Position numbers and translations under genes: made by a program
The notes under the pieces: generated by a model
Told to the model about the DNA's origin: nothing
The model's database searches: none
Seen by the model: only the letters and a program-made list of their open reading frames with translations
Shown here: positions 1 to 13,072 of the stretch, piece after piece
How the letters are laid out: the number at the start of each line of letters is the position of its first letter
How positions within the stretch are numbered: the first letter of the stretch is position 1
Assembly: GCA_030390025.1 (NCBI GenBank)
Contig: CM059432.1
Coordinates: forward strand, 92,196,001 to 92,260,000
Source of the DNA: Squalus acanthias
Taxonomy: Eukaryota
Reading direction: 5' to 3'
Length of the DNA stretch: 64,000 bases

Positions 1-1660
1 TTCCGTGAAGACAGAACCAAAGTATTTGTTTAATTGCTCAGCCATTTCCTTGTTCCCCCTTATAAATTCTCCAGTTTCTGACTGTAAGGGACCTACATTT
101 GTCTTCACTAATCTTTTTCTTTTTACATACTTGTAGAAGCTTTTACAGTCCGCTTTTATGTTCCTTGCAACTTTACTCTCATACTCTATTTTTCCCCTCT
201 TAATCAATCTCTTGGTCCTTTTTTGCTGAACTCTAAACTGCTCCCAATCCTCAGGCTTGCTACTTTTTCTGGCAACTTTATATGACTCCTCTTTGGATCT
301 AATACTATCCTTAATTTCTTTTGTTAGCCATGGTTGGGCCGCTTTTCCTTTTGTGTTTTTGCACCAGAAAGGAATGTATAACTGTTGCAATTCATGCATT
401 TGTTCCTTAAATGTTAGCCATTGCCTATCCACCGTCATGCCATTTAATGAAGCTCCCCAATCTATCATAGCCAACTCACTCCTCATACCTTCGTAGTTTC
501 CTTTGTTTCGATTTAGGACCCTAGTTTCAGATTGGACTTCTTCACTTTCCATCTTAATGAATAATTCTTACATGTTATGGTCACTCTTCCCTAAAGGACT
601 CCGCACAACAAGATTATTAATTAACCCCTTCCATTACACAATACCCAATCTAGGATAGCCTGTTCCCTAGTTGGCTCCTCAACGTACTGGTCTAAAAAAC
701 CATCTCGTACACACTCCAGGAATTCATCCTCCACAGTATTATTGCTAATTTGGTTTGGTCAGTCTATATGTAGATTAAAGTCACCCATGATTACTGTAGT
801 ACCCTTGTTACATGCATCTCTAATTTTCTGTTTGATGCCATCCTCTACATTACCACTACTGTTTGGAGGCCTATAAACAACTCCCACCAATGTTTTCTGC
901 CCTTTGGTGCTTCTTAGCTCCACCCAGACTGATTCTACATCTTGATTTTCTGAGCCAATATCCTTTCTCACTATTGCTCTGATTTCATCCTTTACTAACA
1001 ATGCCACCCCACCTCCTTTTCCTTTTTGCCTGTCCTTCCTAAATATCGAATATCCTTGGATATTCAGCTCCCAGCCTTGGTCACCCTGCAGCCATGTCTC
1101 CGTAATTGCAATTATATCATATCCGTTTACATCTATTTGTGCTGTTAATTTGTCTACCTTATTAGGAATGCTTCGTGCATTCAGCTACAATGCCTTTAGA
1201 TTTGTCTTTTTAACATTTTTAGACATCTTAACATTTTTTTGTACTATGGCCCTATTTGTCTTATTACCATTTTTTCTTACCCGGACCCTATTTGTCAGTG
1301 CACTCCTTTGTTTGTACGCTCTGTCCCTTCCTGACACAATCTGGTTATCCTTACCCCAATCACTTTCCTGCACTGCTTCCTTGTCTTTTCTCTTTAGCAT
1401 TCTAGATTTCTCTCCACCTCCCCTGCCCGCGCCCCCCCCCCCCCCCCCCCCCCCGCCCCACTTATTTAGTTTAAAGCCCTATCTACCTCCCTAGTTATTC
1501 GATTCACTAGAATTCTGGCCCCAGCATGGTTCAGGTGTAGTCCGTCCCAACGGAACAGCTCTCTCTTTCCCCAGTATTGGTGCCAGTGCCCCACATATTG
1601 AAACCCACTTCTCCCACACCAATCTTTGAGCCACACATTCATCTCCCTGACCCTTTGTCA
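1..1660 (-). mobile_element. CR1 LINE fragment (end of ORF1 esterase, ORF2 endonuclease region), continues off the left edge
   Basis: ORF 759..1007 has APE motifs (VESVWVEL, GVVYRPP, VIMGDFN). The ORF1/ORF2 junction sequence is nearly identical to the CR1 copy at 59533-59900. Confidence 0.9.
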
Positions 1661-1806
1661 ATTTGCTACTTGTATCCCAATAAATCCCATACCCCTATTG
1701 GCCCTATTCTCATTGACCTTTGCAGGGTTGTCTTCAACCAGAGCAATGAAATTAAATCCTCATCCTCATTTTTGAATCCCTCCCAGACCTTGATCCTCCC
1801 TACCTA

Positions 1807-2120
1807 TGAGACTTTAAACCGAGGCCCCGTTTACTCTCTAAGGTGGACGTAAAAGATCATATGGCATTATTTCGAAGAAGAGCAGGGGGGTTCTCCCTGG
1901 TGTTCTGGCCAATATTTATCTCTCAGCAAACCACACTAAAACAGATTATCTGGCCATTGCTACATTGCTGTTTGAGGGACCTTGCTGTGCGCAAATTGGC
2001 TGCCATGTTTCCCACATTACAACAGTGATTCACTTCAAAAGTATTTCATTTTCTGTAAAGTGCTTTAGGATACCCTGAGATTGTGAAAGACGCTATATAA
2101 ATGCAAGTTATTTCTTTCTT
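1807..2120 (+). mobile_element. Deu-domain-type tRNA-SINE (SacSINE1-like), 5'-truncated
   Basis: Body (…GCTGTGCGCAAATTGGCTGCC…) and tail (CGCTATATAAATGCAAGT) match the full-length copy at 10412-10849. Confidence 0.75.
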
Positions 2121-4156
2121 TTGCTCCAACCCTACCTCCCAGCATGCACCCTTCGCTATTCCAATTCTGGTCTTCTCTTCATCCCCCCTCTCGCTGCTTC
2201 ACTGTCAGTGACAGACCATTCGGTAATCACACCCCTGCACGCTGGAACCAACTTCCTAAATCTCATAGGGTTGCCAACTCTGATTGGACGTATTCTTGGA
2301 TATTTCATCACATGAAACCCCCTTCCCCCGCCTCCAACCGCCCCCACCCCCCAACCACCACCCCAGACAAACAGCCTCTTTTCCCATCTCCAATATTTTT
2401 ACAATTTATAAACAAAAGTGTTCACAGAAAATGGAAAAAAAACACACAATTTTTTAATGTCCCTATAGTCAAGATTAGTGACATCCCTGTATGATGTTTT
2501 TTTTTCCCCCAGGGATGTCAAGGCAGATTGTATCACTGATAACACCCTAGCTGAGATCAGCAATGGGCTGGCTTTGTAACCTGCAACCTTCCTGTCTGTA
2601 TGGTTCAGTACCACACGAGGAAATATACTTTCCCACTGTTCAATTAGAAGCTCCAAACTGCATATTTGAAAATCATTCAAAAGAAAACAAGTTGTATAAC
2701 TCAAAGGGAGCATACGTCTGGAAGATAGGCAGTCACTGAGACAGATGTACTTTTTCCATTCAGTGTATATAGTAATGGGTAGTCGTTATTTTATATTGCC
2801 GCAGGAATGGAAATTTGTTACCTCTCTGATGTGGAGAGCTGAACACAGTTAGCATACCACTGCAGGCCCTTTTACAGGCTTTGTGTAATCAATGAATATA
2901 AAAAACTTTATCTACTACAAATCTCAAAAAATATTACCTCAGTGCTTTGTTGGCTGCATTTTAATGGATGATTGGTCATTTCAAACTGAGTATAGCACAA
3001 AGAGGCTATAAATTAGATATGAATATTTCACTACGGAAGAGATAATATCATGCAGTGGATGGCAAGGTGCTTTCACGCCCGTGGCCAAATCCATTGGTAT
3101 GCAGTCTGTGATTGCACTGGCTCATATATATATTTCCTTCCTTTAATTCATTAAATATTCAGGTACAATCACAGGTTCAGCAGGATAGCTGATGTAGTGG
3201 AGCCTGTCATTGTGCTGTTGCAGCTCTTTCTGGTTGTGTATTGCTCTCCATATTAACTCACCCACTATCTCGTGTGAGCCAACTGCTGAATTAGAGAGAA
3301 TTCTGCTAATCCACGCAGCTTTGGCCATGAGAAAACCTAAATGTCTTTATTTGCTTTTTAATTTTCGGAACAAAATGAAGAATATTCTGAAGCCTTTAGT
3401 GTTTGAACACTGAGAACTACTGCCAGGTGGATTTCTGGAGAGGTATGTGATTGAAGAGTGGCAGACGAGGATTGCATGTTAAATATATTTATATTAACCT
3501 ACCAGAGTTTGTGTATAAAGTGCATTGATGATTAAGTCAAATTATATCATTCACTGTGGGTACTTGGAGAAAAATTATCTTAGATGATTATACAGAGTTG
3601 GTTAACATATAATTCAAAACGTAACTCTTCAATACAGTTTATACATTTTCTTGACTTTAACACCCTAGTCTCTTGCTAAATTAAATGACAAGGCACCTTT
3701 TGTTGCACCCGTTTTCCAGGGCACAAGGACACCTGAAAAATCTCTGCTCCCCCTTGCATATGCTAATGAGGGGCCTAATGCCTGTTTAAGGAGCCAGCCC
3801 TCAGGTTTCTGTGGGTTTGTTGCTGCCTAAGAAGCGCCTGCTACCATAATGTAAGTATTTTCTTTTTTTGCTTAAGTTTCTGTTAGTGGGTATTTTAACA
3901 ACCTTGTTAAATAATGGAACAAGGAATTTTACACAAGTGCGTTAACCACTTCATTAAAGTTAGCGTTCAAGAGACTCTTATCCCAGTTCAAATTTAAAGT
4001 TTAAAAGGTTGTCTCCTTGCAGTTATACTGCAGTCAATGTACATCCCAAGTATTTTTTAGGTTATCTCACTACTAACACTAAACTGCTTGGGGGAAAAAT
4101 TCGGTTGGTTAGCGCCTCCCGTTAGCGCCTTTGGGGGGGCACTAACGGGGTGCTAG

Positions 4157-4950
4157 GAACCTTGGGATAACCTTTAAATGTATATTATAGTTGCGTTAGA
4201 AGCCATGCTATTAAAATGTTGCTGTAACTACAAGGCATGATGGGAAGCTTGACCAAAATCAGACCAAAGCGTAGTGTCAGCATTTAGCAGTAGCAGTAGT
4301 TGTAATAAAGTTCCTTCACGAAACCTTGAATCAGGAACAATGAACAAAGATAATGGTAACTGGAGGCTGGATAAGATAAACAAAACTTCAGAAAGACAGA
4401 AGTAAGGACCTTGGGTCCGGGGCAGTTGAGATAGCGGGAAGCATCTGCCAAAGCCTACGTAACCGGTAATTAATGGTTGATTATATATAAATAAATTGCC
4501 ACAACCATTGTAAATTTGAGAGACTTCGGTATGCTGAAGGCTCTCCCCTGCATGCTTGTAATAAAGTTTCTCTCATATCGCAGCCTACCCCTGACTCCGA
4601 GTGGTTTCTTTCCACAACAGCTTGGCGTAGTCGGCAGGATCTGCTGCTAGTACTGAAACCAGGGCACCGTTCCGGGACCATCAAACAAAGTGGTGTGAGT
4701 ACGTTAATTTATACCACCCAGTAGTTAGGTCTGTGGGCACACAGCGGTCCCTCGGACTATCAGGGATCATGAACAATACGGAGTCGGAACGGCTGTCATG
4801 TGAGAGAGAGAGAGGGCAACGTTGCAAAGTGGTTGTGATCGCCGATGGCCAGGAGAGGGCCGGGGGAGAGAGCTTAAAGGGTGTCTCTCTAGGGGTAGAA
4901 GACCCCCGCGATTTCTAAAGAGTTAAGTTTCACCAACGGCCAGGAGAGGG
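4157..4950 (+). mobile_element. Endogenous retrovirus/LTR element fragment: 5'-truncated LTR, PBS and leader
   Basis: TATA-like TATATATAAA near 4482, AATAAA at 4560-4565, LTR end …CCACAACA at 4619, then an 18-nt PBS and a GTGAGT donor-like site near 4695. Confidence 0.8.
4623..4640 (+). promoter_or_regulatory. Primer binding site complementary to the tRNA-Ser 3' end
   Basis: TGGCGTAGTCGGCAGGAT is the reverse complement of ATCCTGCCGACTACG+CCA, the 3' end of vertebrate tRNA-Ser(AGA-type). It lies 3 nt after the LTR-terminal CA. Confidence 0.85.
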
Positions 4951-6393
4951 CTGCTAGACACTACCGCCACGATCTCCTGCGCCCGCAGATCGTGACATCA
5001 GTCGAGCGTGCAACGCCCCGGACCGGAAATTGAGTCGCGCCCCCTGCCTTAGCGCCTGCCGTTAGGAACGACAGGCAGAGGGGAACGTTTTCATGTCGGG
5101 AAGGGGCTGGGGGCGCGCTATTTAAAGGCGGGCGCTTCCTGCTTTTTCTTGTCGGCAAAATCTTTGGTACACGCAGGTTGAGAGCGAGAGAGACGCCTGG
5201 AGAGATTTAACACTGTCCTAAGGAGTTTTGGTCCTCAGCACCACTTTTGAGGTTCCTAAGTGCCGAGCTCTTTCCCTGGGTCTATTCATTAGTGGTTCCA
5301 ACACAATTGCTTTAGAGGTCTCTCCAGGCTGAGATTCAAGGCTGCAATGAGCAGGGTGTGGCTGGCCAGCAAGATGGCCCCTCCCCTTTAAGAACTGGAC
5401 GGCGCCAGTCTGTCTGGCTTCCATGGTAATTGACATTGCCTGAGCTTCGGTAGCTTTCTGAGGTAACACCTCGCTCCCCGACGTTAGCGCCTTAAGAGAG
5501 GTGTGTAGCGCCTGATTTAGCGCTCAAATCACCTCCAGGGGCGATAGAGGCAAATTTTGCAGTCGGAGGCGATAATTAGCGCTGGGCACTAAACTTTGCG
5601 CCTGGCCGATATTAGCGCCCCAAAATGGGCGATACCCAATTTTCCCCCTTTATTGCTATAGGCCCAGAATTTACTCAAGGGCTTCGCTACACTCCTGCTG
5701 TAACTCTGACAGAAGGCCAACGGAACCCATCAGAGAAAGGCAGGAGTTCCCGGTTGGTCTTGTAAGGGGCAGAACCACTGTCCAACCCTTACAACACCAA
5801 TAACGCAATGGGGACAGAGTCGGGGCGGGGGGGAGATGAGGACTTCCGACATTGGGAGTTTCCACTTCCCTCGCTCAGAAGAACCAATATGCTGACAAAG
5901 ATGAGACATATCAGCCTCAGGTAGACACAAGTGAGAACCTCCAGTGCAGGGCACAGACCGAACCCCTGAAGATCATGTTGGACATTTAAAAAAAAAATTG
6001 GATTGTCCTCCTTGCACAGGGGCCGAGGGGGAGATGAAAGGGGTCTCAGGGTGGGGTCCTGTCTAACCACTGATAGCAGACAGTCGCTGGAGTTTTCAGC
6101 CGCACAGTGCAGCCTGGCACCTGAGGTGAGTCTGTAGTGATGTGGCTGCCCTCCAGATGAACTCACAAACTCCGGCAGGACCAGCACTGGAGGCCACCAG
6201 TGGGATTACAGCCTGCAAACGTTTGGAATCAAAAGGGTAGATTTGGTCTTTGTGCGATAGTGTAAAACGGGTGATAGCGAATCAGCAGTCCGATTTACAT
6301 CCCTCCCAATTTTTATTTTCATTAAAGTCAAAGGAAATAAAAATGGGGAGAAATGTAAAACAGGCTGCTGATTTACTATCACACATTTTACAT

Positions 6394-6725
6394 TGGCCCA
6401 GATATTCCGATCGCAGGCCTTCCGCGGGCGGAGGGCTGCGATCTGGAAAAATCTGCGCCCTTACCTGAGGGCTCCCGGGAGGCGCACAGTTCTGCTGCTG
6501 GGCCTCTCCAAACTGCTGGTGCGCAGGGCCCACGTATCCCAGAGGCGCAGGTAGTTCGCAGCGTCCCTGGGATCACGTAGGCCGTGGGGAGCCAATCAGA
6601 GAAGGGAATCTCCCTTCATACATTTGACAGGAAGACCTGTCAAATATATGAATGGAGATCACCCCCAAAACATAGTAAAACTTCAAATATTTTTTTTTTA
6701 AATCACATTTTTAAAATGACTTGAA
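6394..6725 (+). mobile_element. Truncated MITE, same family as 21473-22208
   Basis: Starts GGCCCAGATATTCCGATCG and is colinear with the left half of 21473-22208, including the internal hairpin. Confidence 0.65.
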
Positions 6726-6726
6726 A

Positions 6727-6891
6727 TCCCCTCCCCTCCCCCCTTTCCCTGCCTCTGCACCTGCTTAAAACCTGTTACATTTCTAATTTTTTCCAGTTCT
6801 GACGAAGGGTCACAGACCTGAAACGTTAACTCTGTTTCTCTCTCCATGAGTGCTGCCTGGCCTGCTGAGTGTTTCCTGCATTTTCTGTTGT
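6727..6891 (+). mobile_element. Penelope-like element terminal (pLTR) fragment
   Basis: Same sequence as the arms of 26681-26914 and 38269-38502. Carries a hammerhead motif. Confidence 0.7.
6795..6831 (+). ncRNA. Minimal type I hammerhead ribozyme motif
   Basis: AGTT-CTGACGA-A-GGGTC(ACA)GACCT-GAAA-CGTT-AACT: core boxes, stem II, stem I AGTT/AACT and a palindromic ACGT helix III. Confidence 0.6.
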
Positions 6892-9800
6892 TAATTCATT
6901 TATCCCTACTCTCTGTTTTCTGTCCGTTAACCAATCCTCTATCCATGCTAATATATTACCACCAACCCCATGAGTCCCTATTTTACATAGCAATCTTTTA
7001 TGTGGCACCTTATCAAATGACTTTTGAAAATCCAAATATACTACATCCACTATTTCCCCTTTATCTACCCTGTTAGTTACGTCCTCAAAAAAACTCTGAT
7101 AAATTTGTTAAACATGATTTCCCTTTCATAAAATCATGTTGACTCTGCCTAATCATATTATGATTTTCTTATTGCGCCGTTACCACTTCCTTAATAATGG
7201 ATTCCAGCATTTTTCCGACAACTGATGTCAGGCTAACTGGCCTGTAGTTTCCTGTTTTCTCTCTCCCTCCTGTCTTGAATAGCAGGGTTAAATTTGCTAC
7301 CTTCCAATCCGCTGGGGTCGTTCTAGAATCTAGGGAATTTTTGAAGATCACAACCAATGCATCCACTATTTCTGCAGCAACCTCTTTTAGGACCCTAGGA
7401 TGTAGGCCATCAGGTCCAGGGGATTTGTCGGCTTTTAGTTCCATTAGTTTCTCTAGTACTTTATCTCTACTGATATTAATTACTTTAAGTTCCTCACTCT
7501 TATTAGCCCCTTGGTTCCCCCTTATTTCTGGTATGCTTTTTGTGTCTTCTACTGTGAAGACAAATATAAAATATTTGTTTAAAGTCTCTGCCATTTCCTT
7601 ATTCCCCATTATAATTTCACCTGTGTCAGACTCTAAGAGACCAACGTTTACTTTTGGTACTCTCTTCCTTTTTACATACTTGTTGGAGCTCTTACAATCT
7701 GCTTTTATATTTCTTGCTAGTTTACTCTCATATTCTATTTTCTCCTTTTTAATCAATTTTTTGGTCATCCTTTGCTGGTTTCTAAAGCTCTCCCAATCCT
7801 ACTGTTCTTTGCAACATTATAATCCTCTTCTTTTAATCTAATACTATCCTTACCTTCTTTAGTTTGCCACGGATAGATCACTTTTCCCGTGGAGTTTTTA
7901 TTTGTCAAAGGAATGTATATTCGTTGAGAATTTTAGAATATTTCTTTAAGTGTTTGCTACTGCTTATCTACTGCTATATCTTTTAATCTAATTTCCCAAT
8001 CAACCTTAGCTAACTGACCCCTCATACCTATGTAATTGGCTTTATTTAAGTTTAAGACGCTCGTTTCCGACTGAAGTATTTCACTCTCAAACTCAACGTG
8101 AAATGTTATCATATTATGATCACTCTTCCCCAGGGGATCCCTTACTATAAGATTACTAATGAACCCTGTCTCATTATACAATACAAGATCTAAAATAGCC
8201 TGTTTCCTGGTTGGCTCCATGACGTATTGTTCTAGGAAATTGTCTCAAATGCATTCCATGAACTCGTCCTCCAGATTATATTTGCCAATTTGATTTGCCA
8301 GGTCTATATGTAGATTAAACTCCCCCCTGATTATTGTATTACCTTTGTTACAAGCTCCTGTTATTTGTTGATTAATATTCTGTCCAACAGTATAGCTACT
8401 GTTTGGGGCCTATAAACTACTCCCATCAGTGTTTCTGCCCCTTTTTATTTCTATCTCCACTCATACTGATTCTACTTCCTGATCTTCTGAGCCAAGATCC
8501 TTTCGCACTACTGTCCTTATGTCATCCTTTATTATCAAGGCTACCACCACCCCTCCTTTTCCATTCTGCCTGTCTTTTCTAAACATCAAGTACCCTGGAA
8601 TATTTAGCTCCCAACCTTGGTCACCTTGCAACCACATCTCTGTAATGGCTATTAGATCAAACGCATGTATCTATATTTGTGTCACTAATTCATCTATCTT
8701 GTTACGAATGCTTTGTGCATTTAGATAAAGAGCCTTTAATTTTAACTTTTTACCATTATTCCCTACTTTCACCTTATTCGCTGATGCACTTTTACCATTA
8801 AAATCTCTGTCCCTTCCTGTCACACTCTGCTTATCTTTACCCAAATCGCTATACTGCTCCATTGCTTTGACTTTTCTCTTTAGATTTCTAAATTTCCCCT
8901 CACCTGACCCCTCCCCCCCATTTTTAGTTTAAAGCCCTATCTACAGCCCTAGTTATTCAATATGCCAGGACACTTGGCCCAGCGGATGTGGAGATCGTTC
9001 CAATGGAACAGCTGCCCCTTTTTTTTTTATTTGTTTTTATGGGATGTGGGCGTCGCTGGCAAGGCCAGCATTTATTGCCCATCCCTAATCTTTCCCCAGT
9101 ACTGGTGCCAGTGCCCCATCAATCGAAACCCCTTCCTCCCACACCACTCTTTGAGCCACGCATTTAACTCTCTGATCTGTTTGTCCCTATGCCAATTTGC
9201 GCATGGCTCAGGTAACAATCCAGAGATTATTACCTTTGAGGTTCTGCTTTTTAATTTGGACCCTAACTACTCAAACTCTCTCAGCAGAACATCATTCCTA
9301 GTTCTACCTATGTCATTGGTTCCTATGTGGACCACGACAACTGGGTCCTCCTCCTCCCACTCCAAACTCTTCTCCACTCATGAGGAGATATCCTTAACCC
9401 TGGCAACACAGCCTCCGGAACTGCCGGTCGTGGCTGCAGAGAACAGTATCTATCCCCCTGACTATACTGTCCCCTACCACTACAACATTGTTTTTCACTC
9501 CCCCCCACTTGAATGGCCTCCTGCACCACATTGCTGTGGTCAGTTTGCTCATCCATCCTGCAGACTTTGCCCTCATCCACATAGGTAGCAGGAACCTCAT
9601 ACCTGTTGGATAAGGGCAAAGGCCGAGGCTCCTCCAGCACTGCACCTGGGATCCCCTTATCTGCCTGAGCTGCGGTCACACCCTCCTGTCCCTGACCACT
9701 AACCAGACCTGTACTACTACCTAACCTAAGGGATGTGACTGCCTCCTGGATCAAAGTGTCAAGATAACTCTTCCCCTCCCTGATTCCCCGCAATGTCTGC

Positions 9801-9960
9801 ACCTCGGACTCCAGCTCAACTCTGAGCTGAAGTTCCTCGAGATGCAGACACTTACTGCAGACATGGCTGCCAGGTATCCAGTGAGCTGAGGCATTGGGCA
9901 ATTAAGTTCCCACCTCCCGTTATGTCAGTTTTGTACCTTCTTCTATTTTTGAATAAATTA
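6892..9960 (-). mobile_element. CR1 LINE (ORF1 Zn-finger/SGNH esterase; ORF2 endonuclease to RT N-terminus), degenerate and 3'-truncated
   Basis: ORFs 9323..9901 (HVCSKC, coiled coil), 9394..9645 (VVGDS), 7957..8220 (LGKSDH), 7169..7768 (KSPGPDG, NYRPVSLTS) and 6826..7050 (YLDFQKSFDKV). Confidence 0.92.
9020..9089 (-). mobile_element. Short 3' tail of the second LINE family (or its SINE) inserted in CR1 ORF1
   Basis: Poly-T plus TATGGGATGTGGGCGTCGCTGGCAAGGCCAGCATTTATTGCCCATCCCTAAT matches the 3' end at 56638-56705. Confidence 0.7.
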
Positions 9961-10199
9961 TTAGATTCATTTGTTAAACCTTGTTTTTGGAGACATATTG
10001 GACTAGAAATCAGGTCGCGTATCGTCCGTTTATGTGGGCAGTAAGAACAGCCCCAGGCCCTGAAATGCCGATCTCCGACCTCCAAGTCCCTGGCCACCGA
10101 GGCCCTCGATCCCAACCCCAGGCCCGTGATCCCACCCTCGGCCCCTGATCATTTACCTGCGGGCTGCTGCGGCACTCGAGGGTACAACGCAAATTCGGA

Positions 10200-11092
10200 T
10201 GTTGGCTGGTATGAGGAAATATAAAAATGAAGAAAGATTTGAAAATTTGGTGCTTTTGTCGTTAAAACAATGCAAATTATGGGCGATATGATAGAAGTGT
10301 TTAAAATTAAGAAAGAATGAGTCAGGGTAGTTAGAAGCAGACTGCTTTCAGTAGTTGAGGGGTCTAGAACGAGAGGTCATAGATACAAGATTAAATTTAA
10401 GAGATTTAGAAAGAAAGAAAGACTTGCATATATATAGCGCCTTTCACGACCACCGGACGCTTTACAGCCAATGAAGTACTTTTTTTGAAGTAGAGTCACT
10501 GTTGTAATGTAGGAAACACGGCAGCCAATTTGCGCACAGCAAGCTCCCACAAACAGCAATGTGATAATGACCAGATAATCTGTTATTGTTATGTTGGTTA
10601 AGGGAGAAATATTGGCCAGGACACGGGGATAACTCCCCAGCTCTTCTTCAAAATAGTGCCATGGGATCTTTTACGTCCACCTGAGAGAGCAGACGGGGTC
10701 TCGGTTTAACGTCTCATCCAAAAGACAGCACCTCCAACAGTGCAGCACTCCCAGCCTAGCTTTATGTGCTCAAGTGCCTGGAGTGGGACTTGAACCCACA
10801 ACCTCTGACCCAGAGGCGAGTGTGCTACCCACTGAGCCACAGCTGACACTTTAGAACAGAAAACAAGAGAAACTGCTTTATGCAGAGTAGTGAGGCTGTG
10901 GAATTCACTTCTGGGTTACTGGTTGAGGCAGAAACTATGTCAATTTTCAAGATTAGATCAGATTAAATGGATTACGGAAAAGAGATAAAGCGATTATGGA
11001 ACAGGACAGGTAAATGTAATTAGGACTATTTGCCGACACGCACTGGTTGGGTTGAACGGCCTGTTTCTATGTTTTAACTTCTATGAATTTCT
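10200..11092 (+). mobile_element. Old CR1 3' end, interrupted by a SINE
   Basis: Degenerate RT C-terminal DNA and a CR1 3' UTR ending in …TTCTATG repeats. Confidence 0.65.
10412..10849 (-). mobile_element. Full-length tRNA-derived Deu-domain-type SINE (SacSINE1-like)
   Basis: A box TGGCTCAGTGGG and B box GGTTCAAGTCCC on the minus strand, (TTTC)n tail, and a 7-bp TSD TTTAGAA at 10405-10411 and 10850-10856. Confidence 0.85.
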
Positions 11093-12861
11093 ATATATGC
11101 AGTCTGCATAATTCTCTAATCTCCCTTCACCCTGGACTTTCTTACACTTAGGAAGACCTTCCATCTACTGCACTAAAATACACTAAGCGCCTGTGCAAAA
11201 TGTCCTGTGGTGAGTGAGACAACAGGGTAAATTTTCATCATTAACACTCTTGGAGCAGGCTTCCTCTGTGGAATCAGAAAATTACCCTATTGGGAAATTG
11301 GGCACAAGCTGAAGACAACGATTTACTCAGAGTCTTTCACAACAACTATTGAATCCATTTAAAATTAACATATTACAAAAGCAAAATACTGCGTCCCTGA
11401 GGGCAGAAAAACTCACCTCATACTCGGACTCTCAACAACTTACCTAAAAGGAAAGAAAGACTTGCATTTATATAGCGCCTTTCATGACCACCGGATGTCC
11501 CAAAGCGCTTTGCAGCCAATGAGTGTAGTCACTGTTGTAATGTAGGAAATGACCTGCAGTAATGTAGCGTTTTACACAGCACACATCTACTGACGGAACC
11601 TTTCATTGAACATTGAGAGAAGATACCTTGTGGTCACTATGTGTTAGCAATATCATAAATGTAGTGGGAAGATTTCCTATGTTTACTATTCCTCGCGTTT
11701 ACGATTTTGTTAGAATGAGTGATCAGTGTATATCTTCCCTTAATGTTTACACATAGCAACCAGAAGAAAACGTTCCTGTTGTTTTTTGTATCACAGTGGA
11801 TATAACTCAAATAAACAGAAGAAATATTGGAAATGTTCCCCATTTTGTGATCCATATGACAAAAGGAAATAAGTAATATGTTAACAGTTACAGTGACTAT
11901 CATACACTGTTGAGTACATTTTCTGTTATTGGTTTTGTAAGGCCTAGTAACCCTATTGCTTGGGGTAATTATCAGTGAAATATGTTCAAGTGTTATCCAT
12001 GAGGAAAAATAGTTCCCCTTTTGGAGGAAAAGTTCCTGCTGGAGGGTTGGCCAATCCCAACTGGTCTGTAATTACTCAATTTCACTTTTCTCACATTGCT
12101 TAATAGCCACTTAATTTGATACAGTAACACTAAAGTATATCAGGCCAGTTGCAGAGTGCAAGAAAAAAGTTAGTGCTATGACTGGCCGAAATAAACATAA
12201 AACTTAATGAATCGGCAGTTAGATGTCCAGAGGGACCCCATTATTTAAAAAAATCAGTTTAGCCTTGTGGGCGGGGGGTGGCTGAGCAAAATTCTCAGTG
12301 GTGGCTGATTGCAGAGGGATGGGGGATGTCACCACTGACATTAACCCCCTGTCAGCCAATGGCATTGCTGCCCTGTCAGTCATTATCATTAACCCAACAT
12401 CAGCTGTGGACAGACAGTCCCTCCAGTCAGTCAGCCATTGCAAAATGTTGAGAAGAGAGACAAATTTAGCCGATTGAATTGTAAGTTTCAATTGCTTACA
12501 TTTAAAACGAAAGCCCCGATGTTACCGTAGCCCGCCCGGAAACAGGGTGGGATCAGGTCGTGTGCTCATTTTACGCCCCATCTGATTTTACGTTCCATTG
12601 TCTTCAATAGAAGTTAAAATCGGGTGGGGTATAAAACGGGTGGACCACTCACAGCCGTCCTGTTCCTGCCAGATGGGTTTGTTTAAAATTGGGGCTCAAA
12701 TGGCCCTAACAAGATGAATGAATGATACAGCCACAAGTCAGGCATGAATTGAGCCACCTAGACCTCATGCTCTGGAATTATTTCACAAAATCCCACCGCC
12801 TCTCCACCTCCCTCTCCTCCTTAAAACCCAAGCTTTTGGCCAAGGCTCCTATTTGCTCCTG

Positions 12862-13072
12862 AAACAAAAGCAAAACTGCAGATGCTGGAAATCTGAAACA
12901 AAAACAGAAAATGCTGGAAACACTCAGCAGGTCAGGCAACATCTGTGGAGAGAGAAACAGTTAACATTTCAGGTTGTGACGGAAGATAATCGACCTGAAA
13001 TGTTAACGCTGTTTCTCTCTCCACAGATGCTCTCTGACCTGCTGATGTTTCCAGCATTTTCAGTTTTTGTTC
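12862..13072. mobile_element. Penelope-like inverted-repeat insertion, degenerate
   Basis: Two inverted arms related to 26681-26914, with TCCTGA on both flanks. Confidence 0.65.

Larger units (their letters stand above)
4090..5648. mobile_element. Non-autonomous Harbinger deletion derivative, inverted relative to 16710-20965, containing an ERV fragment
   Basis: TIRs GGGGGAAAAATT / AATTTTCCCCC with TT on both flanks. 4090-4156 and 4961-5200 align to the transposase-side end of the 16710-20965 element and ~5316-5648 aligns to its Myb-side end. Coding regions are absent. Confidence 0.85.

Noticed and set aside
7275..7841. Long antisense ORFs over CR1 (also 8962..9588, 42277..43033)
   Set aside because: They are shadow frames opposite LINE coding sequence.
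10770..10849. tRNA gene
   Set aside because: The A and B boxes belong to a SINE head followed by a SINE body, tail and TSD.
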